A DNA stretch of 16,856 bases from NCBI GenBank assembly GCA_043767805.1, contig JAYUGC010000031.1:1-16856 (forward strand), in the 5' to 3' direction. This DNA comes from Pseudomonadota bacterium (GTDB lineage: Bacteria > Bdellovibrionota > FAC87 > UBA2466). The notes below the pieces were generated by a model, which was not told the origin of the DNA, did not search any database, and was given only the letters and a program-made list of their open reading frames with translations. Position 1 is the first letter of the stretch. The number at the start of each line of letters is the position of its first letter. Shown piece after piece: positions 1 to 9,467 of this stretch. A program made the translations under genes and the position numbers.

Positions 1-167
1 AAACGATCCTGCTCAACGACTAATACGTCACGACCTTTGGTCGGATCGAAGGAACCAATGTGTTCAATAAAGCGACCGTCTCGGGGAGAACGGGAGTCCT
101 GCACCACGATACGATAGAAGGGCATCTTTTTCTTTCCGTGCCGGGAAAATCGAATTACCGTTGCCAT
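1..167 (-). CDS. rpsP: 30S ribosomal protein S16 (5' part; runs off the window start)
   Basis: Manual translation from ATG at 167-165 gives [55 protein letters not shown], which has the S16 signatures PFYRIVV and [14 protein letters not shown] lies at 185-181. The ffh-rpsP order is conserved in bacteria. Not in the ORF track. Confidence 0.97.
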   Translation of the reverse strand, partial: MATVIRFSRHGKKKMPFYRIVVQDSRSPRDGRFIEHIGSFDPTKGRDVLVVEQDR

Positions 168-194
168 CTTGCTGACTTAGCCTCCAAAAACTTA

Positions 195-260
195 TGGACC
201 GCGGGCTCAGTATCGTTCAAGCGAAGCTTAAACGCTGCCTGACGCCACGCTACCGGCCCA
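195..260 (-). promoter_or_regulatory. Long interrupted RNA hairpin in the ffh-rpsP spacer (candidate rpsP leader element)
   Basis: Minus strand reads UGGGCC..GCG.GGC.UCAG..CGUUUAAGC-UUC-GCUUGAACG..CUGA.GCC.CGC.GGUCCA. The nested complementary segments include G-U pairs. Confidence 0.5.
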
Positions 261-263
261 GAG

Positions 264-1592
<1,329 letters not shown>

Positions 1593-1600
1593 AGCCGCTT

Positions 1601-1629
1601 ACCGTAATGTCGGCTTGGCTCTCAGGCAA
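1601..1629 (-). promoter_or_regulatory. Putative sigma70 promoter for ffh (leaderless or near-leaderless)
   Basis: TTGCCT (1629-1624), 17 nt, TACGGT (1606-1601). The -10 is 8 nt before the ATG and there is no SD. Confidence 0.55.
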
Positions 1630-1638
1630 GCCGGTTGA

Positions 1639-3435
1639 TCAAGCAAAGTAACCCAAGCGGGAATAGCCGCCTTCCTCGTAAAAGGCGTTGGCAATGTGGA
1701 CTTCGAGCTCGTCGTCGTTGCGGTTGAGCCGCCGGAAGTTCTCCTTGATTCGCCGGCGGGCATTTTTGCAGAACATCCGCGTGAGTCTCGCCTCTTGGGC
1801 GGCCCGGTCCACGCCGCGCTCCTCGATGAGCCGGGTGGTGCGAGCCAGGGTCGCCATCATAGCGTACAGATCGATGGCGACATCGGCCACCCGCCTAACT
1901 TGAAGCTGAGCCCGCAAGATGTTTTTGCCGTATTTGAGCAGTAGCTTCTCGCACTCTTTGCCGAATTCACTCGCGTACCGCTCGATGACCGCTTCCTCGC
2001 GCTTGAGCGAAGGGTGAACGCCTTCAATGGAGTCCGACGTCCAAACGCGCCGCTGAATCCAACGGACGCCGAAGTCGGAGAGGACGCCTAAAGAATGAAG
2101 GACGTCGTCCATGGGCTTTTTCAGGACTTTCGAAATCTCGCTCAGCTTTTCTCCGGGCCCTTGCAGCCCCGACAAGCCGATGAAGAGCCGCAAAACTTCG
2201 TTCGCACCTTCCCAAATAGTGAAGATGCGCGAGTCGCGTACGGCCTTTTCGTAGCCGTACTCTCTCATGTAGCCGGCGCCGCCCGCTATTTGCAGCGCTT
2301 CGTTAGCGGTACGCCATTCGGCTTCCGTGCAGAATACTTTGCACATGGCCGTCTCTAAAGAATAATCCCAGTCGCCCCGGTCCATGATGTCGGCGGTCAG
2401 GCGCACCATGCTTTCCGCAGCATAGGTCTCGGAGACCATATGAGCGAACTTCGACTGAATCAGCTCGAACTGCCCGATGGGCTGCCCGAATTGTTTGCGT
2501 TGTAAGGCGTGATCCATCGCTGATTGGATGATGTTTTTAGACGCAAACGCGCAAGCGCCCGCGAGTCCCATGCGCCCGTTATTTAAAACCGCGACGGCAA
2601 CTTTGAAGCCTTCTCCCGGTTCTCCGATGATGTTCTCGACGGGAACCTGGACGTTGTCGAAATGAAGCGACGTGGTCGAGCTGCCATAAAGGCCCATCTT
2701 CTTTTCTTCGGCGCCGCTCGAGAACCCCGCCATGTCGCGGGTCACGATGAAGGCGGTGAGCCTGTCTTTATTCGCGCCTTTATCGTCGGTATGGGACGTT
2801 TTGGCGAAGACCGTGAAAAAGGTGGCGAGTCCGCCGTTGGTGATCCAAATTTTTTCGCCATTCAAGACGTAATGTTTTCCGTCTTCCGACTTCTTGGCGG
2901 TGGTGCGGAGGCTGCGCACGTCGCTGCCCGCGCCGGGCTCGGTCAGTCCGAAAGCCGCGATCCATTCCCCGGTGGCGAGCCGCGGGAGGTACGCTTTCTT
3001 CTGTTCCTCGTTGCCGAACATGAGAAGCGCCTTGAGCCCGATGGATTGGTGAGCGCCCATGGTGGCCGTGATGCTGGTGTCGATCATTCCCAAGGCGCTA
3101 ATGGTTTGAATGTAAGCGCTATTGGAAAAGCCGAAGCCGCCGTACTCCTCGGGGATGATGAGACCGAAGAGGCCCATCTCTTTCATCCGGTTCATCAGCT
3201 CCGCCGGAATTTTTTTCGTGTCCTCGATGGCGAAGACGTCGACTTCCTTTTTTAATTTCTGAATGGCGTCGAGGGTGAGATCGAGAACTTCCTTTTCGCT
3301 TTCAGGAAAGCGGGGAAAAGGCATGAAGCGGTCCGCCCGAAGGGTGCCGTGAAAAAGCGATTTGCCGATGGAGGGCAAAGGCTTGGGGGGACTTTGGGCC
3401 GGGGAGGGGTCGGGCTTCTCAGAAGTGACGTCCAT
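1639..3435 (-). CDS. Acyl-CoA dehydrogenase, VLCAD/ACAD9-like long form
   Basis: 598 aa with FGLTEPGAGSD, LNGEKIWITNG, RKQFG, GGAGYMREY and IWEGANEV (catalytic Glu position), plus a C-terminal extension typical of VLCAD/ACAD9. GGAGG SD upstream. Confidence 0.95.
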   Translation of the reverse strand: MDVTSEKPDPSPAQSPPKPLPSIGKSLFHGTLRADRFMPFPRFPESEKEVLDLTLDAIQKLKKEVDVFAIEDTKKIPAELMNRMKEMGLFGLIIPEEYGGFGFSNSAYIQTISALGMIDTSITATMGAHQSIGLKALLMFGNEEQKKAYLPRLATGEWIAAFGLTEPGAGSDVRSLRTTAKKSEDGKHYVLNGEKIWITNGGLATFFTVFAKTSHTDDKGANKDRLTAFIVTRDMAGFSSGAEEKKMGLYGSSTTSLHFDNVQVPVENIIGEPGEGFKVAVAVLNNGRMGLAGACAFASKNIIQSAMDHALQRKQFGQPIGQFELIQSKFAHMVSETYAAESMVRLTADIMDRGDWDYSLETAMCKVFCTEAEWRTANEALQIAGGAGYMREYGYEKAVRDSRIFTIWEGANEVLRLFIGLSGLQGPGEKLSEISKVLKKPMDDVLHSLGVLSDFGVRWIQRRVWTSDSIEGVHPSLKREEAVIERYASEFGKECEKLLLKYGKNILRAQLQVRRVADVAIDLYAMMATLARTTRLIEERGVDRAAQEARLTRMFCKNARRRIKENFRRLNRNDDELEVHIANAFYEEGGYSRLGYFA

Positions 3436-3502
3436 GTGAGGGGCCTCCGAATTTCTCGTCGAGTAAAGGCTAAGTTAAGAGGATCGGCAAGGGCGCGAGG
3501 AC

Positions 3503-3541
3503 AAATAAAAAGGGGCGATCCTCGGATAAAGATCGCCCCTT
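3503..3541 (-). terminator. Rho-independent terminator
   Basis: Perfect 11-bp inverted repeat AAGGGGCGATC (3510-3520) / GATCGCCCCTT (3531-3541), followed on the minus strand by a U tract (UUUUUAUUU). Confidence 0.85.
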
Positions 3542-3645
3542 ACATGGGTTGGGGGTTTACGTCCCCTTGGGGAGGGAACGTAAAGTGTTAAACTTAGCGC
3601 AGTCTTCAAATAACAAAATGCGTTAGACCGCTTGCGTTATTCAGA
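3505..3645 (-). ncRNA. Candidate ~140-nt small RNA (or structured tldE 3' UTR)
   Basis: TAAAAT -10 box at 3656-3651, hairpin AATAAC/GTTATT (3609-3641), 12-bp hairpin with a C-rich loop (3556-3584), C-rich linker, then the terminator. No credible ORF. Confidence 0.45.
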
Positions 3646-3735
3646 TACTCATTTTAGAGGGGCAGCGCAACAAAAAACGTAGCAGAACGCGTCATGTGCT
3701 GAGAGCGGTGGGGATAGGATTTGAATTACAGAGGG

Positions 3736-5133
3736 TTACTTCTTAGCGCCTGAGGTAACAGACACGCCGTCGACCACAAAAGTGGGGCATTCCTGGGAAG
3801 CGTCGACCAGTTCCGTCTCTTCGGAGACCCCCAAAAGGTGCTGATCCAGGCATTCGAAAAGGTTGCCCGAAATGAGGGTCTCCTGGACGAAGTAGGCACG
3901 CTCGCCGTTTATCCACCACTCGCCCCCTTTGGCCACGCCGGAGAAGTCTCCCGTGATGGGGTCGGTCTGGCCCGAGAAGCGGTGGACGATGAGTAAGTTC
4001 TTTTGGCGCGTGGAAACGTCTTTAAGGAGAGTGGCCACGGGCGTGGTGCCGGGAGCGACGATAATGCCGTGGGAGCCCAAGGCGGGGAGGCTGGAGGGCC
4101 CTCCGCCCGCGTGGCCCGTGGAGGTGCGGCCCAAGGCTTTGGCGGCGTAGTGATCGAGCATGACATTGGTCCACTTGCCCGCTTCGACTAATTTCAAAGG
4201 TCTCGCCGGCGTGCCTTCACGATCGAAAAGCGTACAGCCGCTGCGATCCGTCTTCCAGGGATCGTCCGCAAGGGAGAGAGAGGCGTTGAAAAGACGTTTT
4301 CCCATCTCCTCCAGTTTCCAGCGGCTCGTCCCTTCCACGAGATTGCGGCCGTTGAAGTGATGGACGAGCGAATCGATAAGAATCTCGAGCGCCGCTCTCG
4401 GTGAAAAGATGACGACTCCTTTATAGGTCTCGGCGGGGCCTTGATTGAGGGAATCGATAATCTCGGTGCGGAATTTGCGCGCGGAATTGACGAGCCGGTC
4501 GGGCACGCCCTCGGCCTTACGGGAGAGATCGGAAAAATAATCGAAGCTCGTCATGCGGTCGCCTTCGACCCCCATGCCCATCAAGCTCCAGCCCGCGACG
4601 GACTCCTTTTCGATTTTGTGAGTGCCGAGAGAGTTCATCACCAAGAAAAGGCTGGAGCCGATCTCGAGACTGCCCTCGTTCAGTTTGAGCCGTTTGTCGC
4701 GCATCGCTTCGTCCGCGAGCAGCTTCGTCCAGTCGCGCTGGGTTTGAAGGGAAACCTGATGAAGCGCTTCGTCGAATAATTCGGAGGGAGCTTCTCTGGG
4801 AATGTTTCCGGACTCCAAAATGTCGACGTGAGGATTGGGCGGTGAAAAACCCGCGATCTCCACCGCGCGCGTCGCGATCTCTTTCATCTCTTGCGGATCC
4901 ATGGTGTTGCAGGAGGCAAAGCCCTGTTTTTGTCCCTGCAAGACCCTTAGGCCGAAGGAGTATCCCTCATCCGAAGAGGCGAGGTGGTAATCCTGCTTTT
5001 CGAGAGAGAGCCGGGTCTTGTGCCCGAAAGCGGCGCAGACTTCGGCTTTCTGGGCCCCCGCCGATAGGGCGAGGGAGAGCAGTTTTTCCGCGGTGTTCTC
5101 GAGAGCCGAGCGTTCCTTTTTTAAAAAATTCAT
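3736..5133 (-). CDS. pmbA: TldE/PmbA family protein
   Basis: Contains FDREG and TGDFS motifs and lacks HExxxH. The start is moved to ATG 5133 (MNFLKK...), which overlaps the tldD stop (ATGA), rather than the track's TTG at 5166. Confidence 0.92.
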   Translation of the reverse strand: MNFLKKERSALENTAEKLLSLALSAGAQKAEVCAAFGHKTRLSLEKQDYHLASSDEGYSFGLRVLQGQKQGFASCNTMDPQEMKEIATRAVEIAGFSPPNPHVDILESGNIPREAPSELFDEALHQVSLQTQRDWTKLLADEAMRDKRLKLNEGSLEIGSSLFLVMNSLGTHKIEKESVAGWSLMGMGVEGDRMTSFDYFSDLSRKAEGVPDRLVNSARKFRTEIIDSLNQGPAETYKGVVIFSPRAALEILIDSLVHHFNGRNLVEGTSRWKLEEMGKRLFNASLSLADDPWKTDRSGCTLFDREGTPARPLKLVEAGKWTNVMLDHYAAKALGRTSTGHAGGGPSSLPALGSHGIIVAPGTTPVATLLKDVSTRQKNLLIVHRFSGQTDPITGDFSGVAKGGEWWINGERAYFVQETLISGNLFECLDQHLLGVSEETELVDASQECPTFVVDGVSVTSGAKK

Positions 5134-6533
5134 CCTTCTTGAATCCCCCCGATGGTGGCTTGGCAACGGATGTAAGGCCCGCCGGCGTCGACTTTAGCGG
5201 GTTGTCCTTTGCCGCAATAACCTGATCCCAAATCCAATTTGAACTCTCGCGATACGGCATCCACCGTCGAGAGCACTTCGAAAGCTTGGCCGGAGATAGT
5301 GGCCCCGCGGTAAAGCTCAGTGAGCTTCCCGTTCTTGATCCGCTGCACTTTTTGAGCGCCGAACATGAACTCCCCCGTCGCATCCGCTTGTCCGCCAAGC
5401 GGGCAATCCACGAACCAGCCGTCTTCCGTCGAAGCGATGATGTCCTCGAGAGACTGGGTGCCCGCCTTGAGATAAGTGTTCCGCATCCGGATGAGGGGCT
5501 CGTCATTGTAGAGCCACGCGCGAGCGCTTCCCGTTGGCTCCACGCCGTAGAGCGCCGCGGACTCGCGGTTGTGAAGATACGATTCGAGAATGCCGTCCCG
5601 GATGATGACGGTGTTTTGGGTCGCGACTCCTTCATCATCGACGAGCAAGTCGCCGCCGCCGAACGGCACGCCGTCAACTTGGCCGCCATCACACATCGTC
5701 ACAAGAGAGCTCGCCACGCGCTTACCGATTTTTCCGGCGGCGACGGAGCCCGAGAGGACGAAGTCCGCCTCCACGGTGTGGCCAATGGCTTCATGACAAA
5801 GAATGCCGACCATCGCGGGAGAAAGAATGAGGGTCGCTTTACCTCCCGGGGTGTGAGGGGCGTTCAAAAGATCGACGGCAAGTCTTCCGGCGAGCTCCGA
5901 CATCTGGCCCACCGAGTTCTCGGAGAAGAGGCACTCCCAAGTGCCCGTCTTGCCGACGTGATGGCTTCCCGTGCTCATCTCACCGTCTTTGCCGGCAATA
6001 GCCGTCAGTCTGAACTCGCTGCGAGCGAGCTGGGAGACGGCGTTGGCTCCGTCGGTGGTGACCACGATCTTGTCTTCGAAAATCTCGTTGTAACCGCAGA
6101 CCGCGCTATGAATCGAAGGGGAAAGGGATCTGGTTTGGCTCTCGGCCTTCACCACCGCGCTCAGTTTCTGTTCGAGCGTCATGGACTGGAGCTGCTCGTA
6201 GCCCGCCAGCGTAAACGTGCCGTGGGCGAGCTTCGTTTTGGGAAGATCTTTGACGGCCGCCTTCTTCATTTGGCTGAGGGATTTCGCGCACTCGATGGCG
6301 CGCTTCAAAGTTTTGTCGAGAGCTTCGGAAGAAAGATCCGAAGTGGAGGAGAATCCCCACGCTCCGTCGACCAGCGCGCGGATGCCTACCCCCGAGGTCA
6401 GCGAGGATTTCGCCTGTTTGACCAACCCCTTTTGGACTTGGAGGGACTGGTTCTTTCGCCGATGAAAACGGGCTTCCGCCCAGCTCGGCGAGTTTTCCAT
6501 TAACTTTTGCAAGCGTTCGGCGAGTGACTTCAT
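5130..6533 (-). CDS. tldD: TldD metalloprotease subunit
   Basis: 467 aa with GVGIRALVDGAWGF, metal motif HEAIGH, DDEG, RMRNTY and C-terminal CGKGQ. Confidence 0.95.
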   Translation of the reverse strand: MKSLAERLQKLMENSPSWAEARFHRRKNQSLQVQKGLVKQAKSSLTSGVGIRALVDGAWGFSSTSDLSSEALDKTLKRAIECAKSLSQMKKAAVKDLPKTKLAHGTFTLAGYEQLQSMTLEQKLSAVVKAESQTRSLSPSIHSAVCGYNEIFEDKIVVTTDGANAVSQLARSEFRLTAIAGKDGEMSTGSHHVGKTGTWECLFSENSVGQMSELAGRLAVDLLNAPHTPGGKATLILSPAMVGILCHEAIGHTVEADFVLSGSVAAGKIGKRVASSLVTMCDGGQVDGVPFGGGDLLVDDEGVATQNTVIIRDGILESYLHNRESAALYGVEPTGSARAWLYNDEPLIRMRNTYLKAGTQSLEDIIASTEDGWFVDCPLGGQADATGEFMFGAQKVQRIKNGKLTELYRGATISGQAFEVLSTVDAVSREFKLDLGSGYCGKGQPAKVDAGGPYIRCQATIGGIQEG

Positions 6534-7237
6534 GGTTCGGACCTCAATTTGAAAAAGAAGACCGCGAGGAGCGGGCTAATCAAAAGACTCATCCCCAAGC
6601 TGAGCAAGAACTGCGTCGCCAATGCCAAGGCGGAACCGATGGCGGGCGTGGGTGCCATCGCACCTATCCGGACGCCGAGATCGGAAGCCGAAAAGGCTAA
6701 TCCAAATTCCATTATCATCAGAAGGCCGGCAATTCCCAGCATCTGCCACAAAGCTTTCTTAACGAGTTGCCTCGACCGGTGGAAGAGCACGCTCATGGGA
6801 GCGTCGGGAGATTCCATGGCCAAGAAGGGAGCAAACCCATAGATGGCGGAAAAATAAACCGCGACAGGAATGAGAATGGGGGCGAACGCTCCGGGAATCG
6901 TGAGCAAAGCCAGCACGATTCCCGCCGGAAACCATTTCTTCCAGCGCCGTAAGGACTCGAGGGCGGCGGTCTTGGCGCTCACGGGCAGGGCCCCCACTTC
7001 GCCGCGAACCAACGCAAACGTCGCGGTGCTGGAGAGGGTGGAAAGAAACACAAAGATTGGAAAGACGATCGAAAGGATTAAGATGAGCTGAGTGTTGTTT
7101 TGAATCCCTTCCGAAGGCGCGGGCTCGACGAGAGAAGTCGCGGCCACCGGAAGCTGGAGAAGAAACAGCGCGCCGGCGCGCTGGCGTAAGATTCCTACGG
7201 TCCGCCCTAGTACGGAAGTCTGACTTTGGGATGACAC
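6530..7237 (-). CDS. Hypothetical integral membrane protein (~6 TM), coupled to tldD
   Basis: 235 aa with several hydrophobic segments and a GTG start. Its TGA overlaps the tldD ATG. Confidence 0.8.
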   Translation of the reverse strand: MSSQSQTSVLGRTVGILRQRAGALFLLQLPVAATSLVEPAPSEGIQNNTQLILILSIVFPIFVFLSTLSSTATFALVRGEVGALPVSAKTAALESLRRWKKWFPAGIVLALLTIPGAFAPILIPVAVYFSAIYGFAPFLAMESPDAPMSVLFHRSRQLVKKALWQMLGIAGLLMIMEFGLAFSASDLGVRIGAMAPTPAIGSALALATQFLLSLGMSLLISPLLAVFFFKLRSEP

Positions 7238-7288
7238 GATAGGGCGAGTTTATCGAGGCTGAGAGCAAAAGTATACCCGAGACGTCTT

Positions 7289-9004
7289 ATGGCTCTACAA
7301 AGCACCCACCCTTATCCCGCCGAGTCAGTGAAAGTCGTCCGCGTGTCCGGATCCGATCGCGACATGGGACGTCAACACGCCGAGCAAGTGGGACCCGTCA
7401 TCCTGCAGGGCATGACGAGCTTTTATTACCAGTTTTGGCAACGCATGGTGAAAAACGATCCGGAAGCCTTTCTCGATCGGCAGGCGTTTCGCGTCGTGCG
7501 CTTTCTCCTCGAAAAGATGCTGGTGCCGAAGCTAATGGGGTCCATCCCGACGGGTGCCAAGGATCGAATCGCGGGAATGGCGGAAGCGTTGAAGGCCCCC
7601 TACGATGAAATGATCATCGCGTTGGTGCTTCCCGATTTGATGCCGTTGATCCAGGCCTATCTGACGGTGCTCCGGCCCTCCCTTTTCATCGAAGCGGGAC
7701 CCGCGCCCCGTTTCGGCTGCTCGAGCTTCATTTCGAACGGGCGTCAGTTTCTTCACGGACGGAATTTGGATTTTCCCGGCGTCGCTTATTGGGATCGCTA
7801 TCCCGTCGTGCAAGTGACCTCACCGCCGAACCGGCTGAAGTTCGTGAGCTTTGCGAGTGCCGGCGTTCCCTTTGGCGGGATCACCGGCATTAACGAAGCG
7901 CAGGTGAGCGTTTCTCTTCACCAGCACTATTGCCGCAAGACGTCCTTCAAAGGCCGGTTACCGTTTTTTATCGCCGAGGAGATTTTAGGAAAGGCGCGCA
8001 CCATCGACGAGGCGGTGGCCTTCCTGGGTACCTGCCGCGTCGCCACGGCGTGGGCCTTCGTTCTCTCCGATGGCAAGTCCCGCAGGGCCGCTGTCTACGA
8101 GTGCCATCCGCGAGCCAGGGGTGTCACCTGGATCGACGAGGGGACTAACTGTCTCGCCCATTCCAATTTTTTCCAAACCAGGGAGTGCCAGCCTTCGGAG
8201 TACGCGACCACCGCGAAAATGAACTGGGACAATTATTGGAGAAAGCGGCGTCTCGAAGATCGCGTCAAAGCTATCGGCAAGGATCTCACTCCCGCGGACG
8301 CCTGCCAAATCATCAGCGATCATTTCGATCCGTATTGGGGCGAGGAGAAGTACGTCAATCGCACCGTCAGCCAGGTCTACAACATCCAGAGCGTGGTTTT
8401 CGATCCGGTGGAAATGCAAGCCTGGTCGGCCGAGGGCAACGCGCCCATTCATCTCGGCAAGTTCCGCAAATTCGACTTGGGAGAGCTGCTAGCTGGACGC
8501 AATGGCGTGACCGAGGAGTTTTTGCCCTCGTACACCTTCACCCGTCCCGCGGTGCGGGACGCGAAGCAGAGTTACATTCTCAGTTTCATCGCGGGCTTCG
8601 ACGGGAGATTCGAGGAAGCTCAGCTTCATCTCAAGCGAACCTTGGCTCTCGATTTCTGCGCGGAAGCGGCTCTGGTGGGAGCCGTACTCCACTTGAAAGC
8701 GCGAGAGTACCAAGACGCCATCGATCTCCTGGAAAGAGCGCGCGAATGGGTGGAAACGAGAAAGCGAGAACGGGGACTCGCGCATTTTCCGCCGGAGTAC
8801 TTCGAAGTCTGCCTTTTTTTGGCGCGGGCTTACGACTTGAAGGGCGATCGAACTAAGGCGCTTTCCTGGTACCGCGAAGTCAGCTCTCACGCGGACCTGG
8901 ACGACGGGAACGTGCGCGCTTTGGCGAAGGAAGAAGGCCCTTATACGCCGACGAAGCTCGGGCGCATTCTCATGCCCTATGCGACGTACATCCCCTTCGA
9001 ATAG
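7289..9004 (+). CDS. C45 family autoproteolytic Ntn hydrolase/acyltransferase with C-terminal TPR-like helices
   Basis: 571 aa with N-terminal GSDRDMGRQHA, G|CSSF autocleavage site (Cys144, nt 7718), HGRNLDF, GINEAQV and HSNFF. C-terminal TPR-like segments include YQDAIDLLERA and LARAYDLKGDRTKALSWY. Confidence 0.88.
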   Translation: MALQSTHPYPAESVKVVRVSGSDRDMGRQHAEQVGPVILQGMTSFYYQFWQRMVKNDPEAFLDRQAFRVVRFLLEKMLVPKLMGSIPTGAKDRIAGMAEALKAPYDEMIIALVLPDLMPLIQAYLTVLRPSLFIEAGPAPRFGCSSFISNGRQFLHGRNLDFPGVAYWDRYPVVQVTSPPNRLKFVSFASAGVPFGGITGINEAQVSVSLHQHYCRKTSFKGRLPFFIAEEILGKARTIDEAVAFLGTCRVATAWAFVLSDGKSRRAAVYECHPRARGVTWIDEGTNCLAHSNFFQTRECQPSEYATTAKMNWDNYWRKRRLEDRVKAIGKDLTPADACQIISDHFDPYWGEEKYVNRTVSQVYNIQSVVFDPVEMQAWSAEGNAPIHLGKFRKFDLGELLAGRNGVTEEFLPSYTFTRPAVRDAKQSYILSFIAGFDGRFEEAQLHLKRTLALDFCAEAALVGAVLHLKAREYQDAIDLLERAREWVETRKRERGLAHFPPEYFEVCLFLARAYDLKGDRTKALSWYREVSSHADLDDGNVRALAKEEGPYTPTKLGRILMPYATYIPFE

Positions 9005-9008
9005 AGGG

Positions 9009-9443
9009 CTATTTGTCGGGATTCTTGGTGGCGAGCGCGATCTTTTCGGCGCCGGCATTGCGGGCCGCTTCCATGATCTTCACCGCTTTGCCGAGCACGA
9101 TGGACTCGTCTCCGCGGATGATCACTGTTTTTTCGGTATCGGAAGCGACGATCTTTTGCAGCTCGGCTTGTAAGTCGCTGTCGGACACGACCTTCTCATT
9201 GATGGAAATGCGGCCGTCCGCTCCCACGGTGACGTAGGTGGGCTTACCTTCCTTGGTGTCGGGAGACACGCTCACGCCCTTGGCTGTGGGCAATTTCACG
9301 TTCAAGCCGCTCTCCATCATGGCGGAGCTCGAGATCATGAAGATGATGAGCAGAACGAGAAAAATATCCGTCAGAGGCGTGATGTTGATCTCGGCAACGA
9401 TCGAATCTTCTTCACTACTATTGTCGGAAAACCGCATTGCCAT
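9009..9443 (-). CDS. exbD: ExbD/TolR family biopolymer transport protein
   Basis: INITPLTDIFLVLLIIFM (conserved TM Asp), VIIRGD, AGAEKIALAT. Confidence 0.95.
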   Translation of the reverse strand: MAMRFSDNSSEEDSIVAEINITPLTDIFLVLLIIFMISSSAMMESGLNVKLPTAKGVSVSPDTKEGKPTYVTVGADGRISINEKVVSDSDLQAELQKIVASDTEKTVIIRGDESIVLGKAVKIMEAARNAGAEKIALATKNPDK

Positions 9444-9467
9444 GAAGGCGCCCTCGAAGCTTAAAGC

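Noticed and set aside
60..242. 60-aa plus-strand ORF
   Set aside because: It overlaps the real rpsP on the opposite strand.
3349..3591. 80-aa plus-strand ORF across the terminator
   Set aside because: It overlaps the dehydrogenase start in antisense and runs through hairpins, with no protein-like features.
3619..3639. Direct repeat TGCGTTA x2 (14-nt period)
   Set aside because: Only two short copies, so not a CRISPR or tandem array. It may be part of the candidate sRNA or a weak operator, but it is not supportable alone.
5134..5166. TTG-start extension of tldE
   Set aside because: It overlaps the tldD C-terminus. The ATGA coupling at 5130-5133 is the more typical arrangement.
5286..6503. 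405-aa plus-strand ORF antisense to tldD
   Set aside because: It lies wholly opposite a well-supported gene and has no recognisable motifs. Long shadow ORFs are expected in high-GC coding DNA.
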